Source of the DNA: Octopus vulgaris
Lineage: Eukaryota
Length of the DNA stretch: 64,000 nucleotides
Direction of reading: 5' to 3'
NCBI GenBank assembly: GCA_951406725.2
Contig: OX597814.1
Span: forward strand, 52,080,001 to 52,144,000
Position numbers and translations under genes: made by a program. Of this stretch, positions 27,347-38,909 are shown one piece after another (the stretch's first letter is position 1; the number at the start of each line of letters is the position of its first letter). A model generated the notes under the pieces. It did no database searches, had not been told where the DNA came from, and was given only the letters and a program-made list of their open reading frames with translations.

Positions 27347-28914
27347 GAGGGAGTACCCAAAAGAAACCTGAATGTTGCAATATCATTTTATTCACTAAGC
27401 TTTACATGTTTACACTTTTATCACCTTCAAAGTATTCTCCATTTGAAGCAATGCATCATCCAAGGTGTGTTTTTCACTGTTCAAAGCAGTCCTAGAATTC
27501 TTGCAAAGTGATGCCTTTTAATGCCGCTGTCATTTTTGGTCAAAAACTGTCTCACACTCAAGGCATCAACTTTCAAATTTTGCCGCAACTCTTTTCCTTA
27601 TCATGATAAAACTGCTGCTCTTCCCTTTGTTACAGGTTTTGGCAGTTTTCATCTCACCACATCTCGCAAACACTTCAGAACTGCCAAGTAAAATGTCTGG
27701 TTAACAGTTTGACCAGGAGGAACAAGCTGTGTGTTAACAATTCCTTTTGCATATCAGAATCAAAATCAAATTCGATGACTGGCATCCGTGCTAGTGGAGC
27801 TCTAAGAGCACCATCCGAGCGTGATCATTGCCAGAGTGGCTAACTGGCGTTCGTGCCAGTGACACGTAAAAAGCACCATTCGAGCATGATCGTTAGCAGC
27901 ATCACCTTACTGGCACTTGTGCCGGTGTGTAGGTGACATGTAGAAAAAAACACAATTTTTCCGTAATTGTTGCCTGTACCGCCTGACTGGCCCTCATGCT
28001 GGTGGTACGTAAAAGCACCAATTACACTCTCAGAGTGGTTGGCATTAGGAAGGGCATCCAGCTGTAGAAACTCTACCAAATCAAGATTGGAGCTTGGTGC
28101 AGCCATCTGGTTCGCCAGTGCTCAGTCAAATCGTCCAACCCATGCTAGCATGGAAAGCAGGCATTAAACGACGACGACGACAATGATGATGATGAAACAA
28201 ACCAGTATTGTCTTGACATTGCACTTCACTTGACATGCAATTTGGGGGCATGATGATATTGAGTGGTTCCATGGACTTGATTGTTGTTTCATTTCCAGGT
28301 CGTAGCAATAGCAGCAGCTTTCATCACCAGTGATGACTTTTAGAAAAAGGCCCAGATCAACTTTCAACTGCTCTTTCAGCTCACAACACAAATTCAGTCA
28401 GGACTGTTTTTTGATCTTCCATGAGTAAGAAAGGCACAAATTTTGCTGTAACTCTTTTCATTCACAATTCCTTGCTCAAAATTCAGGCAGGAGCTCCAGA
28501 GCACACCACTCATATCAAGAAGTTCATCAATTGTTTGGCGATTCTCCTCCAAGCAACAAGGGACCATTCCTACAGTGTGAAAACTACTCGTAAACCTGTT
28601 TAGCTCATGGCAGTGTCCTTGTAAGCTGTTTGGTAGTGTCCTTGTAACTGTTTTGGTTGCCGTTTTCCCCAGCAAAAAGCAGAATTTCATGGAAGTACAC
28701 TATTCCTTCATTTCTGCCATCACAAAAATCGACAAACAGGTGAGAAGCACTGCAAAATAAGATGCACCACATGACAATATGACCCTACTAGATGATGCTG
28801 GTCAGCAGACTGATGCCTGAGGGTCGCATCAAGTGACTTCTAGCAGCAGAAGCCTGAACTATAATGGTCTTGTCTCATAGAGAGTGTTTCCAGTTACTTT
28901 TAGTTACCCCTTTG
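27344..28914 (-). mobile_element. Decayed mariner transposon interrupted by an RTE 3'-UTR insertion (~27758-28195, plus strand)
   Basis: KFCFLLGKTATKT and KVITGDESCCYCYDLEMKQQS motifs, with degenerate TIRs at both ends. Confidence 0.8.
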
Positions 28915-28964
28915 TATGTGCATGTGCATGCGCGCACGTGTGTGTGTGTGTGTTGATGCAAATC

Positions 28965-30255
28965 TCTCTGTTGATTCATCAGAAGTGATAAATGACAGGA
29001 CTCAATTACAAATGTAGAGTATTCTTCAATACATTATAACTCAAAGACTCCAGTTTCCAGTATTCAAGAGTTACTCATTCTCAATCATCAGATGGTAAAC
29101 CAAGCTTGGTTTTTCTTTTAAAATATTCCTTGTTTGAATATTTTTTTTAAAATATGAAATGAAAGTTTGAAGAAAACATTCATTGTTATGTTATTTTGCT
29201 AAAAAAAAAGACATTTATGAATAACACATACAAAAACAATTACTTCAAACTCAAGTTTTTGGTTTTCATGCTAATATTATAAATGTCTTAAACTCCAAAT
29301 GAGCAAAGTCAATAGTATACAGCACCAAGGTTAAATTATACAGTAGAGATGAACCTAAAACATAAACTGGGGCAACAGAACTCTCATTCAAAAACTGTTG
29401 TCATAAGTACAAACATAAGTAGAAAATATGTGATGACTGTCAAAGTTTATATGATTCTTGCATGAGACAAGCCCTCACAAATTCAAGATTACATGGTCTA
29501 TTGTAAATAGTGTGCAACCATACAGGAATGGGAGCTTCAAATCAAAGATGCAGTGTAGCCTTTGTTTGAGTGCAAAATTGAAGATTTTGACTCAAAGCAG
29601 TTACAGCTTGAACAAAAGAATTGAGCTGTTATCACCTTGCATGCATATGGCTAAATATCTTTTATGTAAATACAAGTCTCTTTGAATTTTGATTTGGTTC
29701 AGAAAGAACGTTGGTTTTGAAATATTTAATTAATATATTTTAATATGTATGGGTATGTGTATGAGTGCATATGTGTTTATATGCATATGTATATATGTCT
29801 GCAAGCATATATAATTTTGTGTGTATATGTATGTGTATGAGTGTGCATATGTGTATATGGATGTGTCTGCATGAGTGCATGCAAAGTGAAAATGTACATA
29901 CATACTCATTGTTTTTAAAAACATTAATTAAAAGTAGTACTTAAAAGTATTACTTTAAAATATTACTTAAACAACAATGCAATTTCGTGACTTCACTCAA
30001 ATGGAATTTAAAACGTCTTTAACATTACTACATGAAGTAGAAATGAAATCAAAAATGTGAACTTGAAGGAGCCATTTTTGCACAGGTCATTCATGAAGGT
30101 TTTTAAACAAAAGAACATGAGGATAAGCATTTTCTTCAAACTTTCATTTCATATTTTTAAAAAATTCAAACAGTGAATATTTCAAAAGAGCAGATGATTA
30201 GAAATGAGTAACTCTGAGTAATGAAAATTAGAGCTTTTAGTTTTAATGTATATAT
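28965..30255 (+). mobile_element. Penelope-like element remnant: GIY-YIG pseudogene between inverted terminal repeats
   Basis: From 29309: SIVYSTKV...KT*TGATELSFK. ORF 29458-29685: ITWSIV...PY...CSLCLSAKLKIL...LNKRIELLSPCMH. Segment ~29030-29180 is an inverted copy of ~30128-30250. Confidence 0.75.
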
Positions 30256-30742
30256 AGATGTAGATATACTAGAAGTGCTGAATATGGAAACAATATTTTA
30301 GTTAAATTTAAATGACCTAACTTATTTTATGATGTGCTTTTTGCATACAATTATATTTTCTTGTTTTAATTATAATGCAGATACATGTCTAAAGTTGAAT
30401 TTTTTCTCAGGAAAGCTTCATGGTATGTTGTACAGATATATGAGGCAACTATTTTGAGGTTCTGGACATGAAAATTGTGCGGGACTTTCTGAGACTTAAA
30501 TAATTATTAAAATTTATCCAGAGCTAACATCTCTTATAGAGCTACTATGAAAGAATATTAAATGTGGAAAATGAATGAGTGAAAGGGAACCTCCCCCATA
30601 TGAACCCAAAAATGGTAATAAAAACAGTTCTTGTTCTTCCACAGACTGACAAAGTAAATGAAATACAAAATGTCATATCCTCGTGAAATTTCTTTACCAA
30701 GTATGTTCAGTATCTCACTACAAGAGATTTCACTGAGACTCT

Positions 30743-30957
30743 AGCTTCAAATTTTGGCACAAGACCAGAAATTTCAGGTCAGAGACTAAGCTGATCACAT
30801 CGATCCCAGTGTTAAACTGATACTTATTTTATCAACCCCAAAAGGATGAAAGGTAAAGTTGACTCAGTGGAAATTGAACTCAAAACATAAAGACAGATGA
30901 AATGCCACTAAGTATTTTGCCAGGCGTGCTAATGATTCTGCCAGCTCACTACCTTAT
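30743..30957 (-). mobile_element. tRNA-derived SINE (GAGCTGGCAGAA family); further copies at ~37561-37780 (+), ~53459-53668 (+), ~55641-55857 (-) and degenerate ones elsewhere
   Basis: A-box-like TGGCAGAATCATTAG, B-box-like GAGTTCAA, and shared body GACTTTGCCTTTCATCCTTT. Confidence 0.8.
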
Positions 30958-31613
30958 TTGAGACTTTAGACATTACCATGTAAATGTAATCCTTTTAGTT
31001 GATAATATTAAATTGACATTACAATTCCTGTCATAATAACATGTGGCTAGATTCTGGTGAAGAAAGCTAGGTTATCTGAAATTCCATCAGATTCTTCTGT
31101 TGAAATTGCTGAATTAACATAACAGTTCATTATCACTTGAGATTAACCTCTAATCCTAGCTCCATTTTAAATGGATGATATAACTTTCCCTACATACAAA
31201 TGGATTTATATAGTTTTCTGATCAAAAGGACAATTCTCCTCAGTATTTAAAACAACAGAATAGCACAAAATGCCATGTTTAATGGCTGTGAAATATTGAT
31301 TTCTTCCTTTCATAGTCATAAAGAGTTTTCTGTAAAAGAGAGGAGGTATCCAGTATATTCTTGGACCTTACTTCATTGACCTTTCATCTTAAGGAGAAAG
31401 TAGTGTTCTACCTAGACTAGATGAGCCTTTGTGTCATTAATATTTAATATGAATTGTTATAAATTTCCAATTGAAAAGTGAACATGAGCATAGAATGAAT
31501 ACCAGAGGAAAGAAGCTCTAGGAGCAATGACTCAGCATAGATGTTGCTGTAGAAGCAGTAGATATTGTAAGAAAGAGACAGAGAATAGAAAAAGTGAGCA
31601 GGACTAGATGACA

Positions 31614-31727
<114 letters not shown>

Positions 31728-32367
31728 CTCTGTCACTTGTACATTTTGGTTTCAAATACTTTTATCCACAATGCCACTGATGCTTACACTATCATTGGTT
31801 TAGAAATAAAGATTCAAGTTCTAATCCAGCCAGATAGCTTGTACATATCAAGAAGTGAAGGAGTAAGACATCTGATGATAATGAGCGATAAAAACCAAAC
31901 AAAATACACAGCAATTATAAATATTTAAAAAATGTTTCATTTCCCAAGATAAAGTTAATAGTCTGTAAAATTATAAATGTATTAACACAAACTAATCTCA
32001 GAATTTAAACATTTTAAATATTTTAAATAGTTACAACAGTGGACATATTACCAAGCTTTATGTGGTTTATTATTAGAATCAACAAAATTATATAATATTG
32101 AATTCTATATTAATTTTTCATTAGTAGTGACATTTTTGTAATATATTTGTTATAAGTGTAATCAATTAACATGTCTTTAAAAGGAACAGTTAATCTTTAC
32201 CAACGTTTGTTACGTTTTAATTGATTTTTTTTTTTTAATTTGATTTTTTTTTTTTATTATTGTCATTATTTGTTTAGTCTGAAGGAAGAAGCTCTACCTA
32301 ACCTTTGCAAAGCTTCTGAAATGAGTAAAACAGATGTGGTTAATGAAATGTAAAGATATTCCAAATA

Positions 32368-32840
32368 TTGTGTCATCCTATAAATAATGCGGTTTTTTTA
32401 TACTTCTTTTATTTTTCAAAATTGAGATAAACAAAGTTCTTTCTTAATCTAAAATATTCTCTTCGTTTTCTACAATGCTCTTCCATCTATCTGGTAGATT
32501 TGCAAGGCTTCTCTTCCAAAATTCATTTGTCCATGACAAAAACTACTCCTCCAGTACTGTTTTGACCTCACCTACAGAATTCATATTTTTTCTGTCCAAA
32601 TTATTTTGAAGACTGTGGAATAAATGATAACCATATGGGCAATGTCCGGTGAATATGGTGAGTAGGGCATCATTTCCCATTCAAACTGCTGCAGCCTTTG
32701 GAACATCATCCTCTCTGTATGTGGCCAAGCATTATCCTGATGGAAGAACACCTTTTGTCTTGAAACCAATGATGGTCGTTTTTATTCAAGCACTGACTTA
32801 AACTACTCAAGCTGCTCACAGTAGATTTCTTTTATTATCA
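32368..32840 (-). mobile_element. Mariner 3' fragment
   Basis: FFHQDNAWPH and PYSPYSPDIA motifs. The TIR GTCATCCYATAAATAATGCRGTTTTT also occurs at ~45197 (end of another copy). Confidence 0.85.
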
Positions 32841-32866
32841 TTCGGTTTGAGTTCAAATTGGACTAA

Positions 32867-33032
32867 GGTGGTGGTGGTGGTGGTGGTGGCGGTGGCGGTG
32901 GTGGCGGTGGCGGTGGTGGTGGTGGTGGTGGTGGTGGTGGCGGTGGCGGCGGCGGTGGCGGCGGCAGCGGCGGTGGCGGTGGCGGTGGTGGCGGTGGCGG
33001 TGGTGGCGGTGGCGGTGGTGGCGGTGGCGGCA
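32867..33032 (+). repeat. Mixed (GGT/GGC)n trinucleotide repeat
   Basis: About 55 GGY triplets, visible directly. Confidence 0.97.
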
Positions 33033-34310
33033 GTGTGAGGGAGAGGAGGGTAAGAGGAGAAGGAGGAAGTGAGAGCAAGGAAAAGGAGAGTAAGTATATA
33101 TTTCTGGCACACTAACCTGATACTAGATAACCTCCTCCATTGCCTCCTCCGTTATAGTAAGACACCTGTTTCTGCCTCTCTATCTCTTTGTCACCCTCTA
33201 ATCTTTCATCCTCTGACATGAGTTCCCCTCCTCAAATGCCCTTGCTCCTCTCATAATTCCTTGTGTTACTTGGTGAGTTACTTGGTGACCCTGCCAGTGC
33301 TGGTGCCACATAAAAAGCATCCAAATCAACACTATAAAGTGGTTGGCATTTGGAAGGGCATCCAGCTGTAAAATTCATGCCAAAACTAATCTCACCTGAG
33401 CTAGTGCCATGTAAAAAGCACTAATTCCACTCTGCAGAGTGGTTGGTGTTAGGAAGGGTATCCAACTGTAAAAAAACCCTGCCAAAACAGAGTAGCATAG
33501 GGTAGTTTTTCTACCTGACCAGCTCCTGGGAACCATGAAGAGGAGGATGCTGATGTTCCTCTTAAAGTTTCCAAGTGAGTTTTGAACTTCTTAATAAATA
33601 ATGTGGTCTTCAGTTGATAAACCATTGTTAATATCTTTTAAATATATAGCAACAAAGAAAGAAATTTAGCATAGATATATAACCTGCTAATCACATCAGC
33701 AGCAGTTTATATTGGATTTTCCATGCTGGCATGAGTTGGATGGTTTTTCCGAGTGTTTTATGGTCAGATGCTCTTCCTATTGCCAACCCATTTAGTTGCC
33801 TTATATGATATGCAGAGACCAGTGTATTATTCTGATACTGGGACATACACACTGAATATTACCTGTAAATATTACAATAAATATAACTCAATAATAATTA
33901 TATCATAATTAATTAAAACAAAGATAGTGTATACCAATAGAAATAGGGCAACAAAAGAGCTCAGCAGGGATTACAAATATATTAGAAATAAACAGTGAGC
34001 AGCTACTACTAATCCTTGTCTAGCAATCAAATCTAATCAAGACTAATATTCCAGTTATCTGAGACTCCCAGAAAAAATTGAATCATAGTATATCTAATGT
34101 TTTAAATTTGTGTTTTCACTCTCAATTATTCAATCGGCTACCTTTGTCCCATAGATATTTTCAGGAAGTTGATAACAGGTGCTCAATAAAAACAATGAGT
34201 ACAGGGCAAATGTAATCATTTAAAGATCAGCAATCAAAATATTCATGAGGAATTCTGGAAAATTTGCAACATTTTCTGGCTCTGTGCCAAACTGCAACCA
34301 ATAATATAAT

Positions 34311-34473
<163 letters not shown>

Positions 34474-35312
34474 TGTATGCATGTATGCATGTATGTATGT
34501 ATGTATGTATGTATATATGCATGCATATGTATGTATGTATGTATATTCTCTTTTTTATAGATATTTGCATCCCTCTAGGCAGACAAAGAGAAATGAATGA
34601 TTCCCAAGGATTTGCCTACTAATGCTTTGATGAATATATTTCTACTAGTACTGCTGCTGCTGTTACTATTACTTCTGCTACAGCTACATGAAGTTACAAG
34701 GTGCAGCTTAAATGCTTCTATTGTGGCACACTTATAATGTTTCTTTCCCTTCCTTTAATAAATAAAGTGAGATCATTTTTTTTTTAAACTCACTAACTTA
34801 AAAAAATTAATATGAGAAAATCAATTTTAAGCTTCAACAGAAATCCATTGAAAATTACTTTTTTTTTTTATATATATATATAAAAATTTCTATGGAAAAA
34901 AATTTCAAAGAATCTATTGTCATTTCCACTTGTTCAAATTATAAACAGAGAGAGAAAATGTGATAAGTATAAAAGTGTAAGGATGTGTTAAAGTGCAAAG
35001 CTGTATGTTATTATCTGTCTAGACTTCAGTGATTAAGGTTCTTTACAGAACAATATGACTAATTTGGGAATAGTGTTGATGCAATGAATTATTGAAAACT
35101 GTTGCTTCAGAGAGCATGTTACTGGCAATTGAATATGTGATGTTTTCACCTATGCATAGAATTAATTTACTTTTGTATATGTACACATTTACATATAAAC
35201 AAAACATAGATACACACACAGATAAATATGTATGTAAATAATATATATATATAATATATATTTACACATACATATATACATACCTATATACATGCAATAT
35301 ATATATATATAC

Positions 35313-35745
35313 ATCATCATCATCATTTAACATCTGCTTTCCATGCTGGTATGGGTTGGACTATTTGACTGAGGGATGACAAGACAGAAGGCCACAACAG
35401 ACTCCAGCCTGATTTGGCATGGTTTCTACAGCTGGACGCTTCCTAACGTCACCCACTCCGAGAGTGTAGTGGGTCCTTTTACATGCCACCGGCATGAGGG
35501 CCAGTCAGGCAGTACTGGCATCGACCACGACCACGTTTGAATGGTGCTTTTTAACGTACCACCTGCACAGAAGCCAGTCCGGTGGCACTAGTAACGACCA
35601 CACTCAAATGGTGCTTTTTTTTACATGCCACCAGCATGGCAGCCAGTCAGCGGCCCTGGCAACAATCACGCTCAAATGGTGCTTTTAACATTCCACTGGC
35701 ACAGGTGCAATAAGGTGGTACTGTCATCTGCCACAACAGTGATTT
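35313..35745 (-). mobile_element. RTE 3'-UTR repeat
   Basis: (CAT)n tail, family motif and GTGCTTTTTAC subrepeats. Confidence 0.85.
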
Positions 35746-36099
35746 CTTCTTCTTCTCCTTCTCCACCACCACCACCTCCACCTCCTCCTCCTCCTTCTTC
35801 TTCTTCTTCTTCTTCTTCTTCTTCTTCTTCTTCTTCTTCTTCTTCTTCTTCTTTTTCCCTGCCAAGAATTCACAAGAGTAAACAAGAGAGACAGAGACAG
35901 GCAGAAACAAGGAAAATGCCACTTGTATTTGAACACTATACAAATATTCTTTTGAAAAACTTTTCTTTTAATTTTTCTAAATTTAATTGTTTGTTACAGT
36001 TGAAAAAGTCTCAATGACTGAAACCGGTACTGAAATGTTTTTTATAAAATTATTTTAACATTTTTTATTTAGACTTTTTTCCATATATATCAACTCGTG

Positions 36100-36152
<53 letters not shown>

Positions 36153-36202
36153 GTATATATATGTGTATATATATATATGTATACATATATATGCATATAT
36201 AT

Positions 36203-36542
36203 AAAGGAGGTAAAGACCCCCTTCGGTCATGAATGACCATGGGATTGCACCTAGAAAGTTACCCTCCTAGACACAAGTCAGGGCAAGGTTGTTTATGGAA
36301 GACCAGCAGTCGCCCATGCATACCAGCCTCTCTCCATGCCACCAGTGTTATCCAAGGGAAAGACAAAGGTCGATACAGCTTGGCACCAGTGACGTCGCAA
36401 TTCATTTCTACATCTGAGTGAACTGGAGCAATGTGAAATAAAGTGCTTTGCTCAAGAACACAACACGCAGCCCGGTCCGGGATTCGAGCTCACAACCTCA
36501 CGATCGTAAGCTCGACGCTCTAACCACTGAGCCCTGCGCCTT
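36203..36542 (-). mobile_element. Full-length tRNA-derived SINE; related copies at 43658-43979 (+), ~51130-51385 (+), ~27003-27130 (+, partial)
   Basis: tRNA-like head GGCTCAGTGGTTAGAGCG...CTCGAATCCC (A/B boxes), a TGTTCTTGAGCAA core and a shared 3' body. Confidence 0.88.
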
Positions 36543-36668
<126 letters not shown>

Positions 36669-37196
36669 TATATATATACATACATATATATATACATATT
36701 TAGTGCATATAAGTAGTCTCTATCATTATATATAGTTTAGACTTTAATTTCCTTTATATTTAACATTCACTATTAATATCCCTACTCTTTCTGTTAGCTA
36801 CTTATGTCGTTATATCATATAACGTTTTTTAAACAATATTAATAGCGTTCTGTCTATCGCTATACGAATCCATCATTTTTTGCTAAAATGTCGTATTGAC
36901 AAGTTTCGTTTTTTCACTTTCCCGAAGAGAAGATTGCATTGTTTATACCTTTTATTCTTTTGAATAAGTATCAGTGGAATTTTTGAAACATATGTAGAAA
37001 GTAAAAATACTTGTTTAAACCTGCGTTAACTCCATTTTTTATTCATATTATTCAAATATTCAACGTAAATACGAAGTTTCAACCTTTATAAACAAGGATT
37101 TACAACATCTTTACTTGTGAGATTTTTGCTGCCCTGGTAACTATTCATTTATTTATCCGTGTTAATTGTTAACAAGGTAAAATACACTCATCTATT

Positions 37197-37263
<67 letters not shown>

Positions 37264-37472
37264 TTAATAAGGGTGAGAGAATTAGATACTAATTTAATAG
37301 TATATTTATTCCACACCAAGTGGCCTAGTGCTACGAGAAACCTGGATTATTATAATATTTTATAACATATTATAATATTTTCACAAAATAAATATAAGAG
37401 AGTGGTCACTATATTGATCACTCTAGCACCAGTTAATCCAAAAGGTTTCAACCACGAAAAATACATGTTTCC

Positions 37473-37523
<51 letters not shown>

Positions 37524-37781
37524 ATATATATACATACACATATATATATATTATATATTTAAGAGGTGAGCTGGCAGAAATGTTAGCACACCTGGGCGAA
37601 ATACTTAGCAGTATTTTGTCTGGCTTTATGTTCTGAATTTAAATTCTGCTGAAAGCTGACTTTGCCTTTCATCCTTTTGGGGTCGATAAATTAAATACTT
37701 GTTGCATATTGGGGTCAATCTAATCAACTGGCCTCCTCTCCAAAATACTTTTAGGCCTTGCGCCTAGAGTAGAAAAGAATA

Positions 37782-37858
<77 letters not shown>

Positions 37859-37877
37859 ATATATGTATATATATATG

Positions 37878-38163
37878 TAAACAGTAAAAAATAAATACAG
37901 ACATGGACAAGAACATGAAACACCAAAGAGACGACACAAGAACCACAGGACGGGACATACGAAGCCCTCAGTCATCAGTCAAGAACCAGATCATCTTCGC
38001 AATTTCGGCTGATTAATCTTGAGATTGCTCCGATCTGGGCAGCCCGCCAAGGGAAATCTAAGCCAAGCGCATTAGATCCCCTGGAAGAAAGCTTCGAATG
38101 TATACAACACGAGGACGGAAAACGAACGAAGTACACGAACAAAAATACAGAATACGTGATATT

Positions 38164-38165
<2 letters not shown>
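37878..38165. mobile_element. CpG-rich short module inserted in (TA)n, probably Penelope-pLTR derived
   Basis: Sharp boundaries in TA repeats, a strong A-rich strand bias like the other modules, and an internal stem CCAGATC...GATCTGG. Confidence 0.4.
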
Positions 38166-38236
<71 letters not shown>

Positions 38237-38875
38237 TCCATACTATTTATTTAAAGTGCATTTTTATGATCTTTCACAATATGTTTTCAACTTGTTGAAA
38301 GCATGTTTATCATTGATCAATAGCAAATGGAAATACATTCTCACAAATTAAAGGATGTAAGTACTTTTAACATTATTTCATATTTATAATTAATAAAAAT
38401 GCCTAAGTAGCAAGGAAAATATTTGACTAAAATACCTCAGTATATTGATGGTGTTTATTTTATCAAACCTTAGAAATGCAAGGCATGGTTGATGTTTGTA
38501 GAATTAGAATAATATATGAAACTAAAGAGAGAAAACCAGTTATCTTCATGTGCTACACAATCCTACTACATTCTCTGGTCCTTTCTCCTTGACTTTCTGA
38601 TGAACATAAGTGATTAGGATCAAAAGGATTAAAAAGTTCAGAGTAATTTCATATTTCATTTACTCTGTAACACTTACACTGGGACACTGTATGTCTTCAA
38701 AGCTTTTAGTTGATTATATTGATCTCAATATGTTTATTAAATGATTTAGTTTCCTTTTTGACATGTCAGGGATACAACTTGATGCATTGCTACACACAAA
38801 TGCACACACATATGTACATACTTTTACATATATACATGTATATGTGTCCGCATGTGTGTGTGTATGTGTATATAT

Positions 38876-38889
<14 letters not shown>

Positions 38890-38909
<20 letters not shown>

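Noticed and set aside
36460-36542. tRNA gene
   Set aside because: It is the tRNA-like head of a SINE, continuous with a body repeated at 43.7 kb.
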